Below the pieces are notes generated by a model, which saw only the letters and a program-made list of their open reading frames with translations, ran no database searches and was not told the DNA's origin. A program made the position numbers and the translations under genes. Positions 8,884 to 18,346 of a stretch of DNA of 53,794 bases are shown piece after piece. The DNA is from an uncultured Planctomycetales bacterium (GTDB lineage Bacteria > Planctomycetota > Phycisphaerae > SM23-33): NCBI GenBank assembly GCA_965602635.1, contig CBFCZU010000003.1, positions 1-53,794 of the forward strand. Reading direction: 5' to 3'. Numbering within the stretch: the first letter of the stretch is position 1; the number at the start of each line of letters is the position of its first letter.

Positions 8884-10194
8884 TCACGGGCTTGCCCGTT
8901 TCACATCCACACAGACCAGCTCGCCCTCGTGGCTGCGGCAGAAGACCGTTCCGCCGACCAGCACCGGCGGTGTCCAGCACTTGCCGGAGAGGACCTTCGC
9001 GCGGGCGAGCTGCTTGTAGCCCTCGGCCGAGGCCGCCGCGACGATCAGCTCGCCGGATGTCGTCAGGATGACGAGCTTCCCGTCGGCGGCCAGGAGAGAG
9101 CCCTTGAGCCTCGTGGCCCACTTGACCTTCCCGGTGGCGAACTCAATGCACTTGAGGCTGCTTCTTCCTCTCCGCACGTCCCCGTCGAAGCCGTAGAGCA
9201 TCCCGCCCAGCAGTACGCAACTGCTGAAGTGGTTGTTCATCTCATCGTTCTTCCAGACGGCCTTGGCCGAGTCGCCCTCGAACTTCAGGACGGCGCAGCC
9301 GGCGGAATAGGCCGACGAGATGAAGACCCTGTCGCCGGAGAAGATCGGATCGGCGCAGTTGTTGGGGAAGCTGGGCACCCAGGGATGCCGCCAGAGAACC
9401 TTCCCGTCGGCCAGGGTGGCGGCGACGATCTCCCTGCCGCCCATCAGGGCGACGCACTGCCGCTCGCCCGCCCGGAACAGCACCGGCGAGGAGTAAGCCG
9501 CTCCGCCCCGTGATTCGACCTGCCAGACGACCTTCCCGGTTGCCTTGTCGAGGGCCACCCCACCTTTGCCGGCATTGAGGACCAGCAGCTTGCCCACCAC
9601 CAGGGGCGAGCCGGCCAGCCCCCACCTGGCGGGGCGGAGCTTCATGTCCTTCTGGACGTTCTTCGACCACTTGGGCTTTCCGGTCATCACGTCAAGCGAC
9701 ATGATGTGCCCGGCGCGGCTGAAGGCGTAAGCCGCATCCCCGTCCAGCGTGGGGGTGGCGCGCGGGCCCGGGTGCGACCGGCCAGTCTCGCAGCGGTAGG
9801 GATGCTTCCAGATCACCCGGCCGGTGTCGGCGTCGAGGCAGTACACCGTGTCGATACCCTTGGCGTGGCCCATGGTGTACACGCGCCCGTCGCGGACGGA
9901 GACGGACGAGAAGCCCACCCCCACCCGGGCCTGCCAGAGCCGTTTGGGGCCCTCCTTTGGCCAGTCGGTTCGCCAGCCGGTCTCCCGGGAAATGCCGTTG
10001 CGATCCGGGCCCCGCCAGTGGGGCCAACTGGCATCGGGACGGGGAGCCTTCGCCCCAGCCAGGCAGACCACGCCGGCGGCAGGCAGACACAAGACGGCGA
10101 GGGCGGCCAGGAGTCGGCGAGCCGCCCCGCCTGCCGGCGGGCTCGTGCGGATGTCAGGTGCGGGGATCGGGTAATTCTCTCTCGACACAACCAT
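8884..10194 (-). CDS. PQQ-like/BamB-like beta-propeller protein (planctomycete type)
   Basis: WPHWRGPDRNG followed by repeated 'CLDADTGRVIW'/'ALDKATGKVVW' units. Start at 10194 or 10188 (GGGAGG RBS). Confidence 0.85.
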   Translation of the reverse strand: MVVSRENYPIPAPDIRTSPPAGGAARRLLAALAVLCLPAAGVVCLAGAKAPRPDASWPHWRGPDRNGISRETGWRTDWPKEGPKRLWQARVGVGFSSVSVRDGRVYTMGHAKGIDTVYCLDADTGRVIWKHPYRCETGRSHPGPRATPTLDGDAAYAFSRAGHIMSLDVMTGKPKWSKNVQKDMKLRPARWGLAGSPLVVGKLLVLNAGKGGVALDKATGKVVWQVESRGGAAYSSPVLFRAGERQCVALMGGREIVAATLADGKVLWRHPWVPSFPNNCADPIFSGDRVFISSAYSAGCAVLKFEGDSAKAVWKNDEMNNHFSSCVLLGGMLYGFDGDVRRGRSSLKCIEFATGKVKWATRLKGSLLAADGKLVILTTSGELIVAAASAEGYKQLARAKVLSGKCWTPPVLVGGTVFCRSHEGELVCVDVKRASP

Positions 10195-11797
10195 CCTCCC
10201 AAAAACTGGTGACGGCCCGCCCCGCTTTCCGGGCATCGGGGGCGGCGGGGCGACCAGTGTAGCGGTACACGTGCCATCGTTGGCCCTCAAAAACACGCTC
10301 AAGCCGCTCGGATTGCTCCAGGGCCCGCTGCAGGGCACGGCGGAAGCCGGGCGAGCCTTCCGTCATGTCCATCACCGCCACGGACGCATCCGCGGCGTCG
10401 AGGGCGCCGTCCTCTTCCGTCGACGGCCTGACGACGCGCCGCTCGGTTAGGTAGTGAATGATGCTTATGTCGTCGCCCAGCACCGCAATCCGCCCTTCCG
10501 GCGGGCACAGCTCGCGCAGAAGCTCAGCCACGGGCAACAGCTCGGCGTGCCGGCCGTGGCGGATCACGTCGTAGTACCGCGGCGTGTGGCTGAGGTAGCT
10601 GTAGTACGTCGCATTGCGGAGCAGCCGCGGGGCGTTGAATCCCACGGCGAACACAACGAACGCCGTGGCGGTGATCAGGGGCGCCAGCCGGCGGGGACGT
10701 CTCTTCACGCGCCACGCAACGACCCACGTGACCGCCATAAGCCCCTCGATGGTCAGGTAGGCGATGAAGGGCAGGACCGGCAGCAGGTAGCGGGACCGGA
10801 CGGCGTTGGCGCCGCCAACCACGGCCAGGCCGGCCACGTTCAGGACCACACAGGCAATGGGCATCCTCCGCCCGCGCGTCCACGAGAAGGCGCCGCCAAT
10901 GACCAGGCACGCCGTTGCCAGGAGACCGAAGACGATGAAGCCCTTCTGCCCCGTCAGCATCTCGGCCATCGCGTAGGGAAAGGCCGCCAGGCCCTGGCCT
11001 AGCTGGCGGAGCATGTCCAGCACGGCCAGGTCCTGCAGCGACCTGGCGTACAGTGGCGTGGTCTCGGAGACGTGCATTCCCAGGAGATAGAACAGCCCCA
11101 CGCTCCCGGCCGCGACCGCCAGCAGTCCGCAGCCCAGGATGATGAGCCTCTTGCGGGAGATCCTCTCGGTGCGGTCCAGCAGCAGCCCGATGGCCATTGG
11201 CCCCACCGTCATCACGCCCGGTATGCGGACAGTCAGGGCGCCGACCGCCAGGGCGGCTGCGGCCAGCAGCCACCACGGGCTCCCGCCGCGGGCCCGCAGG
11301 GAGGCGCAGACGGCCGCCCAGAACAGCAGCGCGAAGGGGGCGTCGGTGAGGATTCGGTGGCAGCCTATGTAATAGGTGTACGAGAAGGCGCAGCACAGCG
11401 CCGCCGCCAGGGCCATCCGCGGGCTGGTCAGCCGGCTCATCGCCCGGTAGGCGAGCGCCACCGCGGCCATGCCGCAGACGGCCATGAAAAGGTTCGGCGC
11501 CCAGTACCCGCCGCCGAACATCAGCCGCAGGGCGGCCAGCATGATCGGCAGCCCTGGCGTGACGATGTTGGACGTCTCCCCGTTGAACTGATATCCCTGC
11601 CCGCCGGCCAGGGACCGGGCCAGCGTCAGGTACATCGCGCTGTCGGGGCTGGGCCACCACTTGCCGGTGACGCCGACCAGGTAGATCAGGGCGATGCACC
11701 CCGCCGCCAGGAGCAGGTGGCGTCTGCGCGGCGGAAAGGCGTCCAGCCGACCGGCTGGCGGAGGTGAGGCTTGAGAGTTTGTCGCCTTATCGGCCAT
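10154..11797 (-). CDS. GT-C fold (ArnT/PMT-like, GT39/83) integral membrane glycosyltransferase
   Basis: 'SPDSAMYLTLARSLAGGQGY', 'ILTDAPFA', 'RYLLPVLP'; many TM segments and a periplasmic C-terminus. Confidence 0.8.
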   Translation of the reverse strand: MADKATNSQASPPPAGRLDAFPPRRRHLLLAAGCIALIYLVGVTGKWWPSPDSAMYLTLARSLAGGQGYQFNGETSNIVTPGLPIMLAALRLMFGGGYWAPNLFMAVCGMAAVALAYRAMSRLTSPRMALAAALCCAFSYTYYIGCHRILTDAPFALLFWAAVCASLRARGGSPWWLLAAAALAVGALTVRIPGVMTVGPMAIGLLLDRTERISRKRLIILGCGLLAVAAGSVGLFYLLGMHVSETTPLYARSLQDLAVLDMLRQLGQGLAAFPYAMAEMLTGQKGFIVFGLLATACLVIGGAFSWTRGRRMPIACVVLNVAGLAVVGGANAVRSRYLLPVLPFIAYLTIEGLMAVTWVVAWRVKRRPRRLAPLITATAFVVFAVGFNAPRLLRNATYYSYLSHTPRYYDVIRHGRHAELLPVAELLRELCPPEGRIAVLGDDISIIHYLTERRVVRPSTEEDGALDAADASVAVMDMTEGSPGFRRALQRALEQSERLERVFEGQRWHVYRYTGRPAAPDARKAGRAVTSFWEDGCVERELPDPRT

Positions 11798-11910
11798 TAA
11801 GCCACCGCGGTCTCCGCGGCCCCAGGCGGGCCGAGACCGTGAGTAATTTATGGTCGCCCCCGGGCAGTTACAAGCATGGCGGGCGTCTCGGGTCGGGCAG
11901 GCAGCGCCGG

Positions 11911-12903
11911 CTATGTCGTCGCACCGGCCTCAACGCCCGGGCCGGCGGGCGGCAGGCAGCGCCAGATCACATAACCGGCCAGGGCCAGAATCACGTCCGC
12001 AAGCGTCTGGACGAGCCGCATCAACACGGCGGCCAGCGCCGCGCCGGCAGGGCCGATTACAGGGGCGAGGATGAGCATGAGCAGCCCCTCCTGGACGCCC
12101 AGCCCCGCCGGGGCGAAAAAGGCCACGAACCCGGCGATGCTGGCAATGACGATCGCGCAGGTGAAGATTGGCAGCGACCAGACGGGCGCGGCTGCGATCG
12201 ATCGGCCCATCAGCCAGTAGCCGACCCCCAGGACCAGGAACTGCCCCAGCATCACCGCCACGGGCGGGAGGTAGTCGCGGGCCTTGGGCAGCGAGGCAAG
12301 GGGCTGATACCGCAGCGCCCGCAGCAGGCGGTTGCCGACGGCGGCGAAGACCCGCGGATGGAGGCAGACCGCCCCCGCCGCCAGCAGCAGCAGGCACCAC
12401 AGCCAGGCCATCGGGAGCACCCGGGCGACCGGCTCCCAGAGTGTCAGGGGAATGGCCACCATGATTCCCAGGATGACCGAGAGGCCGTCGATGATGAAAA
12501 CGGTGCTGACCGCCGCCTGCCCGGCAACGCGGTAGCGGCGCAGCAGCACCACCATGCCGATCACGTTGCCGACCTTGCCGGGCAGGTACTTGGCGACCTG
12601 TGCCACCCACACCGAGGTCATCATCGGCACCCACCCCGGAAACGGGCAGAAGCGCCCCAGCAGCAGGCCGTAGTACACGAACGCCATCGCCTTGGCGGCC
12701 AGCACGGCCGCCGCCGCCAGCGCCAGCGTGGGGACGTCAACGCGAAGCTCGCCCCAGGAGACGTCGGCGAACTGCCTGGCCAGCGCCCGGGCGACGAAAA
12801 ACAGCACCGCCAGGAAGACGAGCCACTTGGCCAGCGTGGCAAGGACGGCCTTCGCCCCGCTGGGTCGCGGGCTGCGAGAGGATGGGGCCGGCGTTTCCGG
12901 CAT
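11911..12903 (-). CDS. Lysylphosphatidylglycerol-synthase TM / UPF0104 flippase-like protein
   Basis: 'KYLPGKV', 'APAGLGVQEG'; polytopic membrane protein. Confidence 0.85.
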   Translation of the reverse strand: MPETPAPSSRSPRPSGAKAVLATLAKWLVFLAVLFFVARALARQFADVSWGELRVDVPTLALAAAAVLAAKAMAFVYYGLLLGRFCPFPGWVPMMTSVWVAQVAKYLPGKVGNVIGMVVLLRRYRVAGQAAVSTVFIIDGLSVILGIMVAIPLTLWEPVARVLPMAWLWCLLLLAAGAVCLHPRVFAAVGNRLLRALRYQPLASLPKARDYLPPVAVMLGQFLVLGVGYWLMGRSIAAAPVWSLPIFTCAIVIASIAGFVAFFAPAGLGVQEGLLMLILAPVIGPAGAALAAVLMRLVQTLADVILALAGYVIWRCLPPAGPGVEAGATT

Positions 12904-12938
12904 CGGTCGCCACCGTGAACAGGAGCGCCTCGGGCCGC

Positions 12939-14075
12939 TCAGTTGAAGAATTTCTCGTACAGCAGCGGGGAAACCAACCTGAGCCGGGTGGCCGCCTTTA
13001 TCAGCGGCCGGGCGGCCCTGAGCATCGGGTAATACGTCCGGTAGTCATGAAGCGTCCGCCGCGGGGATTGCATGATCTCGTCAAACTGGCCCTGCGAGAG
13101 GCCGAGCCTGTCGATGCAGTGCTTGACGGCATCGGCTTCTATGGGAGGGGGCTCCTGAAGCTCGGCCAGGGCCTGGTCACGCGCCATCAGGCCCGAACGT
13201 ATCTGGGCCGAGAAGCCGATCTTCCGCTTGTCTATCCCGAACTTCCGCCACTGGAGGTACGAGAGCACGAAGTGCGTGTACACGGACTCGCAATGGTGCC
13301 CCCCGTAGTACGTCCAGTCCAGCTCTCGCTCCAGGATCCCGCGCGCCCTTTCCTTGCTGTAGTCGAAGTAGTTCAGGAACGGGACGACCTTGATGCGCTT
13401 GAGGTACGTGTACCACAGGAACCGCGACATGGTGAGATTTGGGAAGCTCTTCAGCCGCCCGCCAGGCCCGTGGACCCTGTAAACGTCGTTGATGTACCTG
13501 CTGTCCAGGTAGGACCAGCCCAGGGGGGCGACGCCCTCGGTGCGGAAGGAATGGCCGTTGAGTACAAACCTCACGCCTTCCTCGGCGGCCACCTGATGCA
13601 GCGTGGCGTGAATGGCCATGTCCGAGGGGGCCTCCGCGTCCGGGACCGAGGCCTTGAGAAAGGCCACCTGGAGGGCCCGGTACTCGTCCCAGTCGCAGTG
13701 AGTCTCCCTGAAGTCCACCTCCAGCTTGCCCACGGCCCTTTTCATGTTCTCCGTGGCGATGTCCGTGTCCCAGGTGTTGTTGAGGTGCACCGCCAGCGGC
13801 CTGAGGCCCAGCTCCCTGGACATGTACAGCGTGTAGGTGCTGTCGGTGCCCCCGCTGACGCCGATGATGCAGTCGTAGCGGCTTTTTCGCCCGGCGGCCT
13901 TGATCTTATCCGCCAGGCGGTCGAGCCGCTCCTGCCGGCCCTCGTCCAGCGGGTAGAGCGCGTCCAGCTTGTCGTGGATCTTGCAGAAGGTGCACTGGCC
14001 GCTCTCGTCAAACCTGATGCGGGGAATGGTGGTGTCCGAGACGCACCGGACGCACATGGTTCTACTGCTGCGCAC
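12939..14075 (-). CDS. N-acetyl sugar amidotransferase (WbpG-like)
   Basis: N-terminal CxxC...CxxC, PP-loop 'GVSGGTDS', 'HHCES', 'KFGIDKRK'. Start 14075 (GTG) or 14057. Confidence 0.88.
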   Translation of the reverse strand: MRSSRTMCVRCVSDTTIPRIRFDESGQCTFCKIHDKLDALYPLDEGRQERLDRLADKIKAAGRKSRYDCIIGVSGGTDSTYTLYMSRELGLRPLAVHLNNTWDTDIATENMKRAVGKLEVDFRETHCDWDEYRALQVAFLKASVPDAEAPSDMAIHATLHQVAAEEGVRFVLNGHSFRTEGVAPLGWSYLDSRYINDVYRVHGPGGRLKSFPNLTMSRFLWYTYLKRIKVVPFLNYFDYSKERARGILERELDWTYYGGHHCESVYTHFVLSYLQWRKFGIDKRKIGFSAQIRSGLMARDQALAELQEPPPIEADAVKHCIDRLGLSQGQFDEIMQSPRRTLHDYRTYYPMLRAARPLIKAATRLRLVSPLLYEKFFN

Positions 14076-15081
14076 GCTGGTCCGACTCTCCTTCCTCCGA
14101 CCCGCCGCTCGCCATCGCCCGCCCTGGGATGAGGGACCTGTTCCTCTCCATGTCGAACCACATCGCGAACAGACAGAACTGTATGGCGCTGATGCTGCAG
14201 AAGGCCCACGTCAGGGCGTTGATGGGCGGGATATTGCCGGTCACGGCCCACATCCAGATCATCCGGATGAACAGCACCACGGCGGCAAGGCCCAACAGCT
14301 TGCCCCCCAGGTAGAAGAACACCAGCGGGTGAAAATCGTGGATGACGTACTTCCTCCACATCCGCCAGCAGAACCGCCTGTAGATCATCCAGCTCATCTT
14401 GGGGATGACCTTCCACAACTGCATCTTCGAGTGCTCGCCGATGTTGTACACCGGGCGGAGAGGAACGTCCATCACCCTCATGTCGAAGACGTTCAGCCGG
14501 ACAAGCAGGTCGTTTGGATAGCCGTAACCCGGATACATCTCGTCCAGGTCAGCCGTCTCCAGGGCCTCCCGGCTGATGGCGGTGAAGCCGGTCTGCGAAT
14601 CGGCCACGTGCCAGTAGCCCGAGGCGATCTTCGTGAGCATGGACAGGAAGGCGTTGCCCAGGTAGCGGCGTCTGGGCATCATCTCCCATGCCCTGCGGTA
14701 ATAGAGGCGGTTGGCCTTGGCATAGTCGGCCCGGCCGGTGGCGACGGGCTCGACCAGCATGCGAAGCTGCTTGGGAGCCATCTGCCCATCGCCGGCCATG
14801 ACGGCCACGACGTCCATACTCCGCCGGACGGCCTCCTTGTAGCCGGCGAGAATGGCCGCACCCACTCCGCCGTTGGCCTCCAACTCGATCAGGGCGGTGC
14901 GGTCGGCCTGGCCGGAACTTGTCATGCGCTCCCGGACCACCTCGCACGTGGAGTCCGTGCTGGCGTCGTCCACCACCACGACGAGGTCCACGAAGCCCGG
15001 CATGGTGTCCAGCACCTTGCCGACCTGGTCCTGCTCGTTATAGCAGGGCACCACGACCGCTACTTTCTTGCCCTCAAACAT
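14062..15081 (-). CDS. GT2 polyprenol-phosphate glycosyltransferase (DPM1-like) with C-terminal TM helices
   Basis: VVVPCYNE, VDDASTD, AGDGQM, DSQTGF. Confidence 0.88.
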   Translation of the reverse strand: MFEGKKVAVVVPCYNEQDQVGKVLDTMPGFVDLVVVVDDASTDSTCEVVRERMTSSGQADRTALIELEANGGVGAAILAGYKEAVRRSMDVVAVMAGDGQMAPKQLRMLVEPVATGRADYAKANRLYYRRAWEMMPRRRYLGNAFLSMLTKIASGYWHVADSQTGFTAISREALETADLDEMYPGYGYPNDLLVRLNVFDMRVMDVPLRPVYNIGEHSKMQLWKVIPKMSWMIYRRFCWRMWRKYVIHDFHPLVFFYLGGKLLGLAAVVLFIRMIWMWAVTGNIPPINALTWAFCSISAIQFCLFAMWFDMERNRSLIPGRAMASGGSEEGESDQRAQQ

Positions 15082-15303
15082 CTCTAGTCTCCACGGCCTG
15101 CTGGCATGCTGTTGCAGCAAAAGGGCTTACACGCCAACCGGGCCGCTGGAGCTACAGGCTGGCCGAGCTTGACGGATGCCTCGGAGATATGCAGGACAAT
15201 TCTGATTACGGGGCGACTGCTTTGCAACCCATTTGTCCGGTTTTTGCCCTCGGGCTGCCGCTGCCAGCCGCTGGCGGGGCCGCGGGGCGGCGCTGAGCCG
15301 GGG

Positions 15304-17040
15304 TCAGGCCTTCGGGCGCCGGGGCTCCGCAACGACAAGCGTCCAGGGCAAGGAGGAGCGAACGGTCTTGATCTCCGCGTGTTGGCCGACCCAGCGCAGG
15401 AACCCGCGTCTGGTCCAGTGCTGGATGTGCCCGGGCGTGTTGCCCAGGCTGCGCCAGTAGGCCCCCCTGAGCATGTTCATGATCCGCCACATGGGCTCGC
15501 GTGGCACGGTCACGATGATCCGCTGGCGGGCCACGCGCAGCAGCTCGCGCAGTCCCGCGTCAGGATCCTCCAGGTGTTCCAGCACCTCCGAGCACAGCAC
15601 GGTGTTGAAGGCGTCGTCGTCGAATGGGATGTGATATATGGAGCCTTCCACGCTCTCCAGCTCCGGGACGATCCTGCCCATTCGCTCGAAGCAGTCGGAG
15701 TCGATTTCGACGGCGACCACCCCCTGGCGGGTGATCCTGGGCGAGAGGAAGAGGTAGACGTCGCCTTCCCCGGTCCCCACGTCCAGGAGTTTGCCGTCGC
15801 TCTGGATCAGTTGCTCGTCCAGCCTGCGCAGGAAGCGCCCGATGAGCAGGCGGGAGACGGGGTTGCGGGTGGCGTACTTCTCCTGTAGCGGCTCGTCCCA
15901 CTTGGTGGATTCGTCCGTGCGGCCGCTTTCCGAGAGCGTCGGTCCACCCGTGAGAAGCGGCTTGCGAGAGCGGCGATAGCTCCTCCGCACCGCCCGGCGC
16001 CTGGAGAGATGGTTCAGCAAATCCAGCGTCCAGCCGGTCAGGTCGATGCACTCGGCCAACATCGCCTGCCGCTTGCGTTCCCACTCGGCCTTGAGTTGCG
16101 GCTCCGACAGCCAGGAGTCAAGCCGACCGAGAAGCTGGCCGAAACGCTCCGGCCTGACGCCGGCCGTGAGGCCGTAGCGGTGCTCGAGCTCCTCCAGCAC
16201 GGATAGCCGCCCGACGAAGGTGTTACACCGCAGCGAGGGCGTGCCCATGACCGCCGCCTCAATGGCCATGGTTTGACTGTCGCCGATGATCATCTCGGCG
16301 AAGGAGACCACATCGAGCATCCGGTGCGGGGGAGCAGGAACCAGGTGTTGGTGCAGCTCGCCCGGAACGTCGCCCTCGGCGCTGATGAAGATCCGCCCGT
16401 GCGGCTGCAGGCGGCGCATCAGCTCTCGAACCTGGACTATGCTCAGGCCCCTCTGGCCGATGTCATGATGGGCCTCCAGGGCCACAAGCCTGAGCAGGAA
16501 ATACTTCTCCCCCCGCTTGACGCCGAGAAGCTTCCGGACGCTGGGGTCGGGCTTGTACAGCCGCGGGTGCAGATAGGCCAGCTCGTGATATCCCGGATAT
16601 GTGAGGTGCTTCGGCCCGTAGGCCTCGTGCTCCAGGCTTCGCGGCGTGACGATGTAGTGGGCCGAGGGATAGGCCGACTTGGCGAACAGCGGCACCACCG
16701 CGGCGTCGTCCTCGCAGAAGACCACCGAGGTGGCCCCGGTCAGGCGCGACGCCGGGCCTATGACGATCGACGAGCCCACCATCAGGTCCACCGGGTGGCG
16801 GAGCACCAGTGAGATCACCCGGGCGAAGGCCTCGCAGGCCTCCATGCTCAGCGCAGCCAGCCCCCTGCCCCGGCGCTGGACGAGCTGATAGGGCCAGCCG
16901 GCATTGTCCAGCAGATCCAGCAGGCAATCCTTCTGCCGGGCGAGGATCTGGACCTCGTGTCCCGCGTCGCGCAGCGCCGTGATGACGTTCTTGAACAGGT
17001 GAAAGTGTGCAGGATGACCGAGATCGAAAAGCGTCCTCAT
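15304..17040 (-). CDS. DUF354-family (GT-B-like) protein fused to a class I SAM methyltransferase
   Basis: 'FDLGHPAHFHLFKN', 'GYHELAYLHP', 'GDSQTMAIEAA'; C-terminal 'LLDVGTGEG...CSEVLEHL'. Confidence 0.85.
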   Translation of the reverse strand: MRTLFDLGHPAHFHLFKNVITALRDAGHEVQILARQKDCLLDLLDNAGWPYQLVQRRGRGLAALSMEACEAFARVISLVLRHPVDLMVGSSIVIGPASRLTGATSVVFCEDDAAVVPLFAKSAYPSAHYIVTPRSLEHEAYGPKHLTYPGYHELAYLHPRLYKPDPSVRKLLGVKRGEKYFLLRLVALEAHHDIGQRGLSIVQVRELMRRLQPHGRIFISAEGDVPGELHQHLVPAPPHRMLDVVSFAEMIIGDSQTMAIEAAVMGTPSLRCNTFVGRLSVLEELEHRYGLTAGVRPERFGQLLGRLDSWLSEPQLKAEWERKRQAMLAECIDLTGWTLDLLNHLSRRRAVRRSYRRSRKPLLTGGPTLSESGRTDESTKWDEPLQEKYATRNPVSRLLIGRFLRRLDEQLIQSDGKLLDVGTGEGDVYLFLSPRITRQGVVAVEIDSDCFERMGRIVPELESVEGSIYHIPFDDDAFNTVLCSEVLEHLEDPDAGLRELLRVARQRIIVTVPREPMWRIMNMLRGAYWRSLGNTPGHIQHWTRRGFLRWVGQHAEIKTVRSSLPWTLVVAEPRRPKA

Positions 17041-18176
17041 GTTTTCGGCCTCCGTGAAACGGCCGCGCCTTGTGTCTCGATCAGCCTTGTGACAATCTTC
17101 TCGGCGCTATGGCCATCCCCGAAAAGATCCACAGGCCTGTCGGCGGGAAGCCCGGCCCCGGCGGCCTCGAAGTCCGCAACCGCCGCCAGGATTGTCTCAG
17201 GATCTGCGCCAACGACACGGTTGCAACCGGCTTCGACAAGTTCGACCCATTCCGTCTCCTCGCGAAGCGTCACGCAGGGCTTGCCGAACCAGAAGGCCTC
17301 CTTCTGCACTCCCCCCGAGTCGGTCAGGATCATCCGGGCGTCGCGCTCCAGCCGGATCATGTCAAGGTACGAAACGGGGTCTATGACGCGGACACGTCCG
17401 CCAAGCTTCTTCAGGGCGCTTCCCAGGGCCTTGCGCGTTCGAGGATGCAGCGGCAGGACGACGGGCGCGTCGATCCGTTCGAGGGCGGCGATGATGCCCG
17501 CCAGGCGGGCGGGGTCGTCGGTGTTCTCCGCCCGGTGGATCGTGCCCAGATAGTACGAGTTCGGCTTCAGCTCAAGCTGCCCAAGGAGGTCGCAGGCCCC
17601 CTCGGCCAGGGCGGCATTGAAGAGCACCGAGTCATACATCACGTCGCCGACCTTGCCGACGCCCCGGGTTATTCCCTCCTTGGCGAGGTTATCCACGGCC
17701 GCATCCGTCGGGCAGAACAGCAGCGTGGAAATACGGTCGGCCACGACGCGGTTGATTTCCTCTGGCATGCGACGATTGTAGCTTCGCAGACCGGCCTCGA
17801 CGTGAGCGATGGGAATGTTCAGCTTGGCCGCCGCCAGCGCGCCCGCCAGCGTCGAATTCGTATCGCCGTAAACCAGGACCCAGTCGGGCTTTTCCGCCAA
17901 CAGAACTCGCTCCAGGCGTTCCAGCATGGTGCCGGTCTGCAAGCCGCTCGGCCAGGAGCCGACCTCCAGATTGATCGCCGGCGCGGGGATCCGCAGCTCC
18001 TCGAAGAAGACCTTCGACATGTTGTCATCATAGTGCTGCCCGGTGTGAATGATGCATTCGCGCAGGCGGAGCTGCTTTCCGGCGGCGTTGAATGCGGCCA
18101 CGGCCCGGCTGATTGCGGCAGCCTTGATGAATTGGGGGCGGGCCCCGACTATCGTAATGACCTCTAGACGTTCCAT
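17037..18176 (-). CDS. wecB: UDP-N-acetylglucosamine 2-epimerase (non-hydrolysing, WecB/WbpI type)
   Basis: GARPQFIK, HTGQHYD, GDTNST, HVEAGLRS, PEEINR, DSGGVQKEA. Start 18176 or 18239. Confidence 0.93.
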   Translation of the reverse strand: MERLEVITIVGARPQFIKAAAISRAVAAFNAAGKQLRLRECIIHTGQHYDDNMSKVFFEELRIPAPAINLEVGSWPSGLQTGTMLERLERVLLAEKPDWVLVYGDTNSTLAGALAAAKLNIPIAHVEAGLRSYNRRMPEEINRVVADRISTLLFCPTDAAVDNLAKEGITRGVGKVGDVMYDSVLFNAALAEGACDLLGQLELKPNSYYLGTIHRAENTDDPARLAGIIAALERIDAPVVLPLHPRTRKALGSALKKLGGRVRVIDPVSYLDMIRLERDARMILTDSGGVQKEAFWFGKPCVTLREETEWVELVEAGCNRVVGADPETILAAVADFEAAGAGLPADRPVDLFGDGHSAEKIVTRLIETQGAAVSRRPKT

Positions 18177-18346
18177 TACACTTATCGCACCCGGCGCCCA
18201 GAAGCCCCTGGCAGCTTCCGGTGATCTCTCGAGGGTCATCCGGCCGAAGCGAAGGTTGCTAACCGTTCCGCGCGCAGTAGATTATCCAGCCTGGATGCGA
18301 TGGGCAAGCCCCAAACTCTCATTCCGGCAGCAGCCGGAGCTGAACG

